Below are positions 37,185-46,797 of a stretch of DNA of 64,000 nucleotides, in pieces. Position numbers and translations under genes: made by a program. The notes below the pieces were generated by a model that had not been told where the DNA came from, ran no database searches, and was given only the letters and a program-made list of their open reading frames with translations. Position 1 is the first letter of the stretch. Each line of letters opens with the position of its first letter. This DNA comes from an uncultured Gemmatimonadales bacterium (GTDB lineage: Bacteria; Gemmatimonadota; Gemmatimonadetes; Longimicrobiales; RSA9), in the NCBI GenBank assembly GCA_963816355.1, contig CAWFKH010000001.1, positions 544,001-608,000 of the forward strand, given 5' to 3'.

Positions 37185-38693
37185 ATGAGTACCCCGACTC
37201 CGGACTTCGCCGCGTTTCGCCGCCACGCCGCCGAGGGCGACCTCGTGCCGGTGTGGCGCGAGCTGCTCTTCGACACGGACACCGCCGTCACGGCGTACGC
37301 CAAGCTGCGCCGGCCGCCGTTCGGCTTCCTGCTCGAGTCCGTGGTCGGCGGCGAGAAGTGGGCCCGCTACACCTTCCTGGGCACCGAGCCGCGCGGCGCG
37401 TGGCGGCTCGACGCGGCTCCGGACGGTGGCGCGCTGACCCGCCGCTGGACGCCGGGGGGCGGCTGGTCGGACGCCACGCCGTCGGCGGACCCGCTCGCCG
37501 AGCTGGATGCGCTGCTGCGCGCGCGCACGCCGGTCGAGGTGCCGGGGCTGCCGCGCTTCGTCGGCGGCGCCGTAGGTTACCTCGGATACGACGTGGTGCG
37601 CCACATCGAGCGGCTGCCCGACGCGCCGCCGGACGACCTCGGGCTGCCCCAGGCGCTGCTGCTGCTGACCGACGTCGTCGTCGCGATCGACAACCTGTTC
37701 GGCCGCGCCCGCGTCATCGTGACGGTGGATGTCTCCGGCGCGGACGGGGAGGCGGAGCTGCGCCGCCGCTACGACGCCGGGCTGGAACGGATCGACGCGG
37801 TCGTGCGGCGGCTGGCGGAGGCGGCGCCGCCGGCGCCGGTCGAGCTCGGCGATCCGGCGGGCGACGTCGCGTTCGAGAGCCGTTACGCGCGCGCCGATTT
37901 CGAGCGGGACGTGGAGCGCATCCGCGATTACGTCCACGCGGGCGACGCGTTTCAGGTGGTGCTGAGCCAGCGGCTGTCGGTGCCGCTCGACGTGGAGCCG
38001 TTCTCGATCTACCGCGCGCTGCGTTCGCTGAACCCGTCGCCCTACCTGTACTTCCTGGAGCTGGACGGCGTGGATCTGGTCGGCTCCTCGCCGGAGGTGC
38101 TGGTGCGCGTGGAGGACGGCGGCGTGGTGGTGCGGCCGATCGCGGGCACGCGGCCGCGCGGCCGCACGGATGCGGAGGACGCGGCGCTGGAGCGCGATCT
38201 GCTCGCGGACGAGAAGGAGCGGGCGGAGCACCTGATGCTGGTCGACCTGGGGCGCAACAATGTCGGGCGCGTCGCGCGCTACGGCACGGTCACGGTGCCG
38301 GAGTACATGGGGATCGAGCGCTACAGCCACGTCCTCCACATCGTGAGCCAGGTCGAGGGGCGGCTGCGCGAGGGTCTCGGCGCGATCGACGTCTTCCGCG
38401 CCTGCTTCCCGGCGGGCACCGTGTCCGGCGCGCCGAAGATCCGGGCGATGCAGATCATCGACGAGCTGGAGCCGGTGCGGCGGGGACCGTACGCGGGCGC
38501 GGTCGGCTACTTCGCCTACGGCGGCCGGACCATGGACACGGCGATCGCGATCCGCACCCTCGTCGCCAGCGGCGGCCGCGCATGGGTCCAGGCCGGCGCG
38601 GGCATCGTGGCGGACTCGGTACCCGAGCGGGAATACGAGGAAACGCTGGCGAAGGCGCGCGCGCTGCTGGGCACGATGGGAAGGCTGCGATGA
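37185..38693 (+). CDS. trpE: Anthranilate synthase component I
   Basis: FLLESV (Trp-feedback motif), QVVLSQR, NPSPY, GSSPE, PIAGTRPRG, KERAEHLMLVDLGRN, PAGTVSGAPK, QAGAGIV. Confidence 0.9.
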   Translation: MSTPTPDFAAFRRHAAEGDLVPVWRELLFDTDTAVTAYAKLRRPPFGFLLESVVGGEKWARYTFLGTEPRGAWRLDAAPDGGALTRRWTPGGGWSDATPSADPLAELDALLRARTPVEVPGLPRFVGGAVGYLGYDVVRHIERLPDAPPDDLGLPQALLLLTDVVVAIDNLFGRARVIVTVDVSGADGEAELRRRYDAGLERIDAVVRRLAEAAPPAPVELGDPAGDVAFESRYARADFERDVERIRDYVHAGDAFQVVLSQRLSVPLDVEPFSIYRALRSLNPSPYLYFLELDGVDLVGSSPEVLVRVEDGGVVVRPIAGTRPRGRTDAEDAALERDLLADEKERAEHLMLVDLGRNNVGRVARYGTVTVPEYMGIERYSHVLHIVSQVEGRLREGLGAIDVFRACFPAGTVSGAPKIRAMQIIDELEPVRRGPYAGAVGYFAYGGRTMDTAIAIRTLVASGGRAWVQAGAGIVADSVPEREYEETLAKARALLGTMGRLR

Positions 38694-39649
38694 AGCGCAT
38701 ACTGGTGACCGGCGCGGCGGGTCAGATCGGATCGGAGCTCGTGCCGGCGCTGCGCGAACGCTACGGCGCCGACGACGTCGTCGCCTCCGACCTCCGCGCG
38801 CCCGCCGAGGCGGCGGTGGCGGGCGGTGGCGTCTACGAGGTGGTCGACTGCACGGACGCCGGGGCGCTCGCCGGCGTCGTCGCGCGCTACGACGTGGGAA
38901 CGATCTACCACCTCGCCGCGATCCTCTCGGCGACCGCGGAACGGAACCCGCAGAAGGCCTACCACGTCAACATGGACGGCCTCTTCAACGTGCTCGAGAT
39001 CGCGCGCCAGCGCGGCTGCGCCGTCTTCGCGCCCAGCTCGATCGCCGCGTTCGGGCCCGGAACGCCGCCCGACCCGGCGCCGCAGGACACGATCCAGCGG
39101 CCGAGCAGCATGTACGGCGTGACGAAGGTGGCCGGAGAGCTGCTCTGCGACTACTACCACCACCGCTACGGCGTCGACGCGCGCGGCGTGCGCTTCCCCG
39201 GCCTCGTCTCCTACGCGGCGCCGCCGGGCGGCGGCACCACCGACTGGGCGGTCGAGATCTTCCACCGCGCGCTGGAGGCGGGGCGCTACACGTGCTTCCT
39301 GGAGGCCGGGACGCAGCTCGACATGATGTACATGCCGGACGCGCTGCGCGCCGCGATCGAGCTGATGGAGGCCGACGACGCCCGCCTCGAGCACCGCAAC
39401 GCGTTCAACGTGACGGCGATGCAGTTGACGCCCGAGCGACTCGCGCACGCGATCCGCCGCCACCTGCCCGGCTTCGAGATCGACTACGACGTCGACCCGG
39501 TGCGGCAGGCGATCGCGGAATCGTGGCCGCGTCGCATCGACGACGCCGCCGCGCGCCGAGAGTGGGGATGGCGGCCCGCCTTCGACGCGGAAGCGATGAC
39601 GGCGGACATGATCGAACACCTGCGCGCGCGGCGCGCGGAAACCGCATGA
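38690..39649 (+). CDS. tdh: L-threonine 3-dehydrogenase, SDR/GalE-like type
   Basis: TGAAGQIGSEL, YHLAAILSA, PSSIAAFG, YGVTK, PGGGTTDWAV, MMYMPD, IAESWP; adjacent to kbl. Confidence 0.88.
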   Translation: MKRILVTGAAGQIGSELVPALRERYGADDVVASDLRAPAEAAVAGGGVYEVVDCTDAGALAGVVARYDVGTIYHLAAILSATAERNPQKAYHVNMDGLFNVLEIARQRGCAVFAPSSIAAFGPGTPPDPAPQDTIQRPSSMYGVTKVAGELLCDYYHHRYGVDARGVRFPGLVSYAAPPGGGTTDWAVEIFHRALEAGRYTCFLEAGTQLDMMYMPDALRAAIELMEADDARLEHRNAFNVTAMQLTPERLAHAIRRHLPGFEIDYDVDPVRQAIAESWPRRIDDAAARREWGWRPAFDAEAMTADMIEHLRARRAETA

Positions 39650-39665
39650 GAGCGAGGAGCGGACG

Positions 39666-40904
39666 ATGCCGCAGGACCGACTGAGCCGGGCGCTCGAGGC
39701 GCACGTCGAGGCGCTCGAGGCGAAGGGGACGGCGAAGGGAGCCGAGACGGTGGTGAGGCGCGTCCTGCCGGCGTCGGCGGAGCGCGGCCCGCGATTCCTG
39801 CTCGAAGGCGCCGGTGAGCGCGAGTTCATCCGCATGAACTCGAACTCGTACCTCGGCATGGGGCTGCGCCGCGAGGTGGTCGAGGCGGAGGAACGGGCGA
39901 CGCGCGAGTTCGGCGCCGGTCCCGGCGCGGTCCGCTTCATCAGCGGCACCTACGCGCCGCACGTCGCGCTGGAGCGGCGGCTCGCCGCTTTCCACGGCCG
40001 CGAGGCGGGGATGATCTTCTCTTCCGCCTACGCGACGATGGTCGGCATCCTCGCGCCGCTCGCGACGGACGCGACGATCGTGATCAGCGACGAGCTGAAC
40101 CACAACTGCATCATCAACGCGATCCGGCTCTCTCGCCCGCTCGACAAAGCGGTCTATCCGCACCTCGACGTCGCCGCGCTGGAGCGGGAAATCGAGCGCG
40201 CGAAGGGGCGCGCCCGCCGCGTTCTCGTCATCACCGACGGCATCTTCAGCATGCGCGGCGATCACGCCCCGCTCGACGAGATCATGACGGTGGCGCGGCG
40301 CCACGACGCGGACTTCGAGGAGAACGTGGTCGTGCTGGCCGACGACTCGCACGGCGTCGGCGCGTTCGGCGAGACCGGACGGGGCACCGAGGAGCACACC
40401 GGCTCGGGACCGGTGGACATCCTGGTCGGGACGCTCGGCAAGGCGTTCGGCGTGAACGGCGGTTACGTCGTCTCGGACCGCGCCACGATCCGCTTCTTCC
40501 GCGAGACGGCGCCGATGTACATCTACTCGAACCCGATCACCGTCGGCGAGGCGAGCGCGGCACTGGCCGCGCTCGAGCTGCTCGATGGCGACGCGGGACG
40601 CGGGCTGCTGGAACGGCTGCGCACCCTGACGAAACGCTTCGAGCGCGGCCTCGTCGAGCTCGGCTTCGAGATCATCCCTGGCGAGCACCCGGTCGTGCCG
40701 CTGATGGTTCGCGACACCGCGCGCACCCGCGCGCTGGTGCGCCACCTCCACGACAACGGCGTGCTCGCCACGGGCCTCGCCTATCCGGTCGTGCCGCGCG
40801 GCGACGAGGAGATCCGCTTCCAGGTCAACGCCGACCACACCGAGGCGGACATCGACCGCGTGCTCGAGGTGCTGGCGTCACACGAGGCATCGTCGAAGGA
40901 CTGA
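39666..40904 (+). CDS. kbl: 2-amino-3-ketobutyrate CoA ligase (glycine C-acetyltransferase)
   Basis: NSYLG, AVRFISGT, DELNH, TDGIFSM, DDSHG, GTLGKA, YIYSN, YPVVPRG..IRFQ; follows tdh. Confidence 0.82.
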   Translation: MPQDRLSRALEAHVEALEAKGTAKGAETVVRRVLPASAERGPRFLLEGAGEREFIRMNSNSYLGMGLRREVVEAEERATREFGAGPGAVRFISGTYAPHVALERRLAAFHGREAGMIFSSAYATMVGILAPLATDATIVISDELNHNCIINAIRLSRPLDKAVYPHLDVAALEREIERAKGRARRVLVITDGIFSMRGDHAPLDEIMTVARRHDADFEENVVVLADDSHGVGAFGETGRGTEEHTGSGPVDILVGTLGKAFGVNGGYVVSDRATIRFFRETAPMYIYSNPITVGEASAALAALELLDGDAGRGLLERLRTLTKRFERGLVELGFEIIPGEHPVVPLMVRDTARTRALVRHLHDNGVLATGLAYPVVPRGDEEIRFQVNADHTEADIDRVLEVLASHEASSKD

Positions 40905-40928
40905 GCCGCGGGCCAGCTTCGGCCGTGG

Positions 40929-43049
40929 CTACGGCGCCACCACCTCCGACCGGCGCGTCGCGACGCCGTCGCTGCAAAGCACCGTGAGCGGCGTGCCGGC
41001 CACGACGCCGGCGACGGCGGTCGCCGAGGCGGCGGCGGATGCGAGCACCACGCCGTCCGACGCCCGCACCACCACCACGCCGGCGGCGCCGGCCGGGCAC
41101 GCGGCGGTCACGACGCCCCCGGCGCTCGCCGCACTCACGGTAGCAGCCGGCAGCGCGCGCGCCGCCGCCCCGCCCCACGATCCGGTGAGCCGCCGCTCCC
41201 CCTCCGGCCCCTCCAGCCGCAGCGTCGCGAGCGAACCCTCCACCGAGGGCGTGAGCGGAATCGCGAGCGTGAAGTGCCCCATCCCCGGTGCGTGGTCAAT
41301 GGCGGCAGGCGCGAACGCGTAAGAGAAGAGCGTCCGCCCGTCCGCGGCGAGGCCGTCGAGCCGGTACGGACCCGGGCGCTCCGGCAGGGCCGGCTGCGCC
41401 GTCATCACGAACGCCGGCAGCAGGCGAAGCGGACCGCCGCGCACGACGCTGCCCCGGACGACCAGCACGCGCGTGCGCCCGGCGAGCGCAACGGAGCGCG
41501 CCGCTTCGCCCGCGGCACGACGGGCGCCGGGCGGCGGGCCCGCTCCGCCGGCCGCAGCGGTGACCGGCGGCTGCAGCGTGCCGCGGAACGCCATGACGCC
41601 GCGATAGGTGTACGTGCTCGCCCAGACCGGGAAGCAGTAGCCCATGACATCGCCGGTCGATTTCGGCACGAGCGCGGCCGAGGAGGCACGGCCGGTCGAC
41701 CACGAGTACACGTCCTCGCCGGCCACGTCGAGCGTGCCGCCCGCCACCGGGTAGTCCGGATCGACGCCGCCCGCGTCGCCGCACGGCGCGTGGTGCCGGC
41801 CGAAGGTGTGCGACAGCTCGTGCGCCACGAGATCCCGCGCCTGCGTGGGCCGCGAGAACCAGGCGATCTGGACGCTCAGGGAGGTGCGCGTGTTCGGCCC
41901 CGCGTCGGCGCCCGAGGTCGGGATGTAGGAGAAGCCGCCGTACTGCGTGAAGTTGAAGCTGCTCGGCGGCTGCACGATCCCGTACCAGTTGGCGTCCGGC
42001 TCGGTCGGATCCGAGATGCGCGCGAGGTCGAGCTCGGCGAGGACCTGCAGCCAGAACGGGGCGTCGCCGCCGGAGGTGCCGGTTCCGAAGCTCGCGCTCG
42101 TGGTGAGCGGCGTGCCGAGGTGTGCCTCCACCGCGCCCAGCGGCAGGATGCTCTTCGCCGTCCGCAGGTACTCCGGGATGTCCGCCGTCGTCACCCGCCC
42201 CGTCGTGTTGTCGTGGGCCGACAGCACGATCGGCACGAATCGGATGCGCAGCGCCGGCACGGCGACGGCGGCGAGCGGCGCGGGCGCGTCGCGCGGATAG
42301 ACATCGTCGTCCGCGGAACCGTCGGGGAACGCGCCGTCCGGGTCCCTCTCGATCCGCCAGCTCGACCCGGGGCCCACGACGGCGACGGGCACGAGGAACT
42401 GCGCGCTGGGATGGTCGAAGTCGGGCGCGGCGCCGAGCGGCCCCAGCAGACCCGCGGTGTCCGCGTACACCGTCGCGCCCGCCGCGTCCGTGAGGCGGAG
42501 CACGAGCCGCATCGGCAGCGCGGCAGGGGCGGTCGCGCTCAGGAGCACGTCGAATACGACGTCGTCGCCCGAGAGCACGACCGGGATCGAGCCGTCCGCG
42601 GACTGCACGCCCTGCGTGTAGCGCGCACCGACGATCGCGTAGTCGAGCGGACCCGGCGCCGCGACGACGACGACCGCCGTGCCGGAGCGGCCCTCGCTCC
42701 TCGCGGTGATCACGGCGCGGCCGACGGCGGCCGCGCTGACGAGGCCGGTCGCGGACACGTCCACGGCGGCCGGGTTCGCGCTCGACCAGGTGACGCTCCG
42801 TCCGCTCAGCGGCTTGCCGTCGGCGTCGAGGACGGAGGCGGAGAGCTGCGCGGTGCCGCCTGGCGCGAGGTCGACCGAATCGGGCGCGACGACGACCGCT
42901 GTGACCACCTCCGTGGGCCCGGTCCCGTCGCCGCCACCGCCGCACGAGGCGGCGGCGATCGGCGCCAGCAGCGCCGCGACGAGCGCGGTGCGCCGGACCG
43001 TACGCGCGGGCCGGGGCGCCGTGGCACGGCGGCGCTCCGCGATGCGCAC
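40929..43049 (-). CDS. Lipoprotein with Ig-like (Big_2) domain and metzincin (M66-like) zinc peptidase
   Basis: Lipobox AASC; VTWSSANP..VSATGLV; HELSHTFGRHH (HExxHxxGxxH); Met-turn DVMGY. Confidence 0.82.
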   Translation of the reverse strand: MRIAERRRATAPRPARTVRRTALVAALLAPIAAASCGGGGDGTGPTEVVTAVVVAPDSVDLAPGGTAQLSASVLDADGKPLSGRSVTWSSANPAAVDVSATGLVSAAAVGRAVITARSEGRSGTAVVVVAAPGPLDYAIVGARYTQGVQSADGSIPVVLSGDDVVFDVLLSATAPAALPMRLVLRLTDAAGATVYADTAGLLGPLGAAPDFDHPSAQFLVPVAVVGPGSSWRIERDPDGAFPDGSADDDVYPRDAPAPLAAVAVPALRIRFVPIVLSAHDNTTGRVTTADIPEYLRTAKSILPLGAVEAHLGTPLTTSASFGTGTSGGDAPFWLQVLAELDLARISDPTEPDANWYGIVQPPSSFNFTQYGGFSYIPTSGADAGPNTRTSLSVQIAWFSRPTQARDLVAHELSHTFGRHHAPCGDAGGVDPDYPVAGGTLDVAGEDVYSWSTGRASSAALVPKSTGDVMGYCFPVWASTYTYRGVMAFRGTLQPPVTAAAGGAGPPPGARRAAGEAARSVALAGRTRVLVVRGSVVRGGPLRLLPAFVMTAQPALPERPGPYRLDGLAADGRTLFSYAFAPAAIDHAPGMGHFTLAIPLTPSVEGSLATLRLEGPEGERRLTGSWGGAAARALPAATVSAASAGGVVTAACPAGAAGVVVVRASDGVVLASAAASATAVAGVVAGTPLTVLCSDGVATRRSEVVAP

Positions 43050-43057
43050 CTCTCTGC

Positions 43058-44371
43058 CTACGGAGCGCCGGCCTCGCGGGCGGCGCACCCGCGGAGCCCG
43101 GCGAAGAGCCGCTCGAAGTGCTCCGGCTCGTGCGCCGCGGTGGCGCACAGGCGGAGGCGGGCCTGGCCGGGCGAGACGGCCGGGAAGGTGACGGCGGAGA
43201 CGAAGACGTTTTCGGCGAGGAGCTGCCGTGCCCAACGGTAGGCGCGCCACTCGTCGCCCAGGATGAGCGGCACGACCGGCGACTCGGAGCGGCCGCAGTC
43301 GAAGCCGAGCGCGCGCACACCCTCCTTGAGGCGGCGCGCGTTTTCGTGCAGGCGCGGCATGCGCTGCGGCTCGTCGTCCACGATGCGCAGCGCCTCGAGC
43401 ACCGCCGCGGCGTTCGGCGGCGTCAGCGCGGCGGAGAAGATGTAGGGCGCCGAGCCGTGCTGGATGTAGACCTTCAGCGCGGGCGAGCCGGCGACGAATC
43501 CGCCGGAGGAGGGGATCGCCTTCGACAGCGAGCCGGTGAGGATGTCGACGCCATCCGGATCGACGCCCTGCTCCTCGCAGATGCCGCGGCCGGTGGCGCC
43601 GATCGCGCCGAGCGAGTGCGCCTCGTCGACGAGGAGGAATGCGTCGAACTCGCGCTTGATGTCGACGAGGTCGGCGAGTGGCGCCTGATCGCCGTCCATC
43701 GAGAAGACGGCGTCGACCGCGATGAGGACGCGCTCGGCGCCGCGGCTGCGCGCCTGCCGCAGCCGGCGCCGCAGGTCCTCCATGTCGTTGTGCCGGAAGC
43801 GCCGGTTCTTGCACCCGGCCATGCGCACGCCGTCCTGGATGCTCTGGTGCGCGTACTGGTCGAGGATGACGTGGTCGTCCGGGCCGAACAGCGCCGTGAT
43901 CGCGGCGATGTTCGCGTCGTAACCGGAGGCGAAGGTGGCGGCGGCGGGACGCCGCAGGAACGCCGCCAGCTCGCGCTCCAGCTCGAGGTGGAGCTCGAGC
44001 GTGCCGGTGAGCAGGCGCACCCCCCCGGTCGAGGTGCCGTAGCGCGCCACCGCCTCGCCCACCGCGCGCTCGATGCGCGGATGCCCGATCAGGCCGAGGT
44101 AGGAATAGGTCGAGAACATCACGATGTCGTGACCGAGCGCGCCGGACTCCGGCCCCGCGCGGCGGGCGAGCGGGAGCTGGAACGTATAGAGCGACTCCGG
44201 CAGGCCGGTGCGGAAGATCTCGAACCAGCGCCGCACCGGCGCGTGGTCGAGCAGCGAGCCGGGCGCGATCAGCTCGTCCGGATGGCATCCCTCGAAGAGG
44301 CGGTCGAACGGGTCGCGCGTGTAGCGCTGCAGCGCGTCCGGCCCGCGCTCCTCCATCGGCTCGCCGCTCAT
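43058..44371 (-). CDS. PLP-dependent alpha-oxoamine synthase (serine palmitoyltransferase/BioF family)
   Basis: SYLGL, GVRLLTGT, HQSIQDG, FRHND, VFSMDGD, DEAHSLG, GSLSKA, YIFSAA. Confidence 0.88.
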   Translation of the reverse strand: MSGEPMEERGPDALQRYTRDPFDRLFEGCHPDELIAPGSLLDHAPVRRWFEIFRTGLPESLYTFQLPLARRAGPESGALGHDIVMFSTYSYLGLIGHPRIERAVGEAVARYGTSTGGVRLLTGTLELHLELERELAAFLRRPAAATFASGYDANIAAITALFGPDDHVILDQYAHQSIQDGVRMAGCKNRRFRHNDMEDLRRRLRQARSRGAERVLIAVDAVFSMDGDQAPLADLVDIKREFDAFLLVDEAHSLGAIGATGRGICEEQGVDPDGVDILTGSLSKAIPSSGGFVAGSPALKVYIQHGSAPYIFSAALTPPNAAAVLEALRIVDDEPQRMPRLHENARRLKEGVRALGFDCGRSESPVVPLILGDEWRAYRWARQLLAENVFVSAVTFPAVSPGQARLRLCATAAHEPEHFERLFAGLRGCAAREAGAP

Positions 44372-44372
44372 C

Positions 44373-45599
44373 TCACTCGCCGGGACGGAAGACGACCTTG
44401 ACCGATCCGTGGCGGCTCTTGTCGAGGGCCGCTGCGAGCGCTGCACGATACTCCTCCAGGCGGAAGACGTGGGTGACCATCTCGAGGTCCGCGATCCCAT
44501 CCGAGCGCAACAGCTCCAGCGCCGCGTCGTAAATGTCGCGCCTCTCGCCCCGGAACGGTACCGGGCCGTAGGCGAAGACGCCCGCGACCGCGATGTTGCG
44601 GATCACCAGCCGCGTCCAGTCCGCCGACCGCTTCGCCGTCGAGCCGACGACGACGATGCGGCCGCCCGCGGCGGTGAGCGCGAGCGCGTCGCGCAGCGTA
44701 GCGTTCGAAGCCACGGTGTCGTAGACGAGTGACGGGCCGCCCTCCACGAAGCGGGGCCCCAGCGTCGGATCGTAGGCGCGCGCGCCCGGCAGCGATGCGG
44801 ACCAGCGGTACAACTCGTCCGAGGAGCGGAAGACGCGGTCCGCGCCTGCGCTCTCCGCGCGCCGGTTCTGGAAATCGTAGCGGCCGAGCACGGAGAGCTC
44901 GCCCCGCCACCCCGTCAGTCGCAGCGCGCGCACCGTGAGCAGGCCGATCGTGCCCGCCCCCAGCACCACCACGCGGTCGCCGTCGCCGGGCGGATGGAGC
45001 AGGACCGGGCGCAGCGCGGAGACGAACGGGTCGAGCAGGACGGCGACGTCGTCGGGCAGCTCCGCGGGGTCCGGGAGCCGCCGCAGCTGGCTGCGGTGCG
45101 CGACGAGCGAGCCGGACCAGCCGCCGCCGGTGTCGGCGCAGTAGCCGATCATGAAGCCGGGGCTCAGCGCGCCGCTCGTCGTGTTCGTGCAGAGACCGTA
45201 CTCACCCGCCTCGCACGCCGCGCAGGGCGGAGAGATGGCACGCTGCGCGCACGCCAGCATCGGCGAGATCGCGACGCGGTCGTACGCGTTCCACGCGCGC
45301 GCCTCCGCCCCCGCTTCCTCGACCACGCCGACGATCTCGTGGCCGAACGTGAAGGGATAGGTCTGGAACGGCTCGAGGATGAGCGAATCGTGGGCCGTGA
45401 CGGCGGCGAGGTCGCTGCCGCAGATGCCACAGATGGTCGGCCGCACGCGCACCCACTCCGGTCCCGGCAGCGGCGGCGGCTCGACGTGGTCCAGCGACAC
45501 GAAGCCGAGCGGCCCGAGCGGCAGGCCGGGCCGGCCGCGGCTCAGGTAGCGGCTGAGAAGATAGCGGACGGGACGGTAGTGCAGTCGGATCGCGCGCAC
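44373..45599 (-). CDS. Zinc-dependent alcohol dehydrogenase (MDR family)
   Basis: GICGSD, GHE, structural Zn C..CAAC..C, GAGTIG; GTG start VRAIRLHY. Confidence 0.9.
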   Translation of the reverse strand: MRAIRLHYRPVRYLLSRYLSRGRPGLPLGPLGFVSLDHVEPPPLPGPEWVRVRPTICGICGSDLAAVTAHDSLILEPFQTYPFTFGHEIVGVVEEAGAEARAWNAYDRVAISPMLACAQRAISPPCAACEAGEYGLCTNTTSGALSPGFMIGYCADTGGGWSGSLVAHRSQLRRLPDPAELPDDVAVLLDPFVSALRPVLLHPPGDGDRVVVLGAGTIGLLTVRALRLTGWRGELSVLGRYDFQNRRAESAGADRVFRSSDELYRWSASLPGARAYDPTLGPRFVEGGPSLVYDTVASNATLRDALALTAAGGRIVVVGSTAKRSADWTRLVIRNIAVAGVFAYGPVPFRGERRDIYDAALELLRSDGIADLEMVTHVFRLEEYRAALAAALDKSRHGSVKVVFRPGE

Positions 45600-45840
45600 G
45601 GCCGCTCCGAAAGGGTGTTCGATCGCGGGGCGCCTGCCTCGTCCGGCCGCGGCGCCGCAGGCTCGGGGAGGCTGCAAGGTACGCGCACAGGCAACGCGAC
45701 GCGAGGGTGGAGCGCGCGGAAGGGGTTCGCGGCGCCGCGGAGCGGGTCCGGCCCGGCGGAGGCGCTCGCGGCGCTTCTCGGCCCGCGCGGGGCGGTGTTC
45801 GCGACGCCCGCCGGCTGCGCGGTGAGGCGTGGTTCAAGCA

Positions 45841-46062
45841 TTTCACGCGGAGGGCGCGGAGGGCGTGGTGGTGATTCGCGGCGTGGGCGGCTTCGCGGCG
45901 TGCCGAGGCCGTTTCGCCCGGAAGCTGCCGTCTTCTTTGTGGCTTCGACGCGCCGAGCCCGCTACGAGGCGAGTAGCCACCCACAAGTTGAAATGGTTGC
46001 TGTGTGTCGAGCCCGCGTCGCGCCGGCCGCCCCTCCGCGACCCCCGCGGCCTCCGCGTGAAA
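45841..46062. repeat. REP/REPIN- or MITE-like element with terminal inverted repeats
   Basis: TTTCACGCGGAGG (45841-53) and its exact reverse complement CCTCCGCGTGAAA (46050-62); each arm carries about 3 degenerate 9-bp CGCGGAGGN units. Confidence 0.7.
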
Positions 46063-46165
46063 ACAGAATCCGATGATTCCAGCACCAGCCGGAAGCGGCG
46101 CACGCCGGTGAGCCGGCCGCGCACGCTCCGCGCCCACCGCGCCCGTGGCCCTGCTCCGAGCCTGC

Positions 46166-46194
46166 TTGTCGCGCTCCGCCGCGCCCTCTACGTT
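46166..46194 (+). promoter_or_regulatory. Sigma-70 promoter, leaderless transcript
   Basis: TTGTCG-N17-TACGTT-N6-ATG(46201); no Shine-Dalgarno. Confidence 0.65.
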
Positions 46195-46200
46195 TCGCGG

Positions 46201-46797
46201 ATGCCGCCCGAACCCCTCTCCTCCGCGTCCTCGCCGACGCTGCCGCCCGGCATCAGCCGGCGCGGCTTCCTCCGCGATGTGACCGGCGGTGCCGCGATGA
46301 TCGCGGTCGCCTCCGTGTTGCCGCCGGGACGCGCGCGCGACTACCCGCAGGCGGCGCAGGACGGCGCGCGGCTGTACGCGCTCTCGGCGCGCCAGTATGC
46401 GACGGCGCGGGCGGCGGCGGAGGCGCTGCTGGTGGAGGTGCCGGTGCCGGCGTCGCGCGTTGCGGAGCGGATCGACCGCGAGGTGGCGCTGGTGGGCGAC
46501 CCGGTGCGTTCCGACGTGCGCACCGTCCTCACGGTGCTCGACCACGCCACGATCCTCGGCGGGCACCTGCGGCCGTTCACCGCGCTCTCGCCCGCGGAGC
46601 GGCGCGACTACATGCGCGGCTGGGCGACGTCGCGCTTCGATCTGCGACGCGCGGTCTTCCAGGCCACGCGCGCGTTTGTCTACTTCTACGCGTACATCGA
46701 CGACGCGACGCGCCGCATCACCGGCTTCGAAGGGCCGTGGCCGGAGCGCTTCCCCGGCATCCCGGCGACGCCGGTCGACTTCGGGGAGGTCACGTGA
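46201..46797 (+). CDS. Tat-exported gluconate-2-dehydrogenase subunit-3-like small subunit
   Basis: Twin-arginine motif SRRGFL; RPFTALSPAERR; YFYAY..TGFEGP; overlaps the GMC start (GTGA). Confidence 0.75.
   Translation: MPPEPLSSASSPTLPPGISRRGFLRDVTGGAAMIAVASVLPPGRARDYPQAAQDGARLYALSARQYATARAAAEALLVEVPVPASRVAERIDREVALVGDPVRSDVRTVLTVLDHATILGGHLRPFTALSPAERRDYMRGWATSRFDLRRAVFQATRAFVYFYAYIDDATRRITGFEGPWPERFPGIPATPVDFGEVT

Noticed and set aside
34995..38339. Long N-terminal extensions on trpE (from 34995) and hydantoinase A (from 38339) suggesting large overlapping genes
   Set aside because: Each extension is the stop-poor antisense frame of the other gene, as expected in high-GC DNA.
37185..38693. 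PabB or isochorismate synthase identity for the chorismate-binding enzyme
   Set aside because: LLES and NPSPY feedback motifs, PIAGTR (not PIKGT) and the full length favour TrpE.
45829..46200. N-terminal extension of the Tat subunit from 45829
   Set aside because: It runs through the repeat element. The promoter position and Tat motif support ATG 46201.
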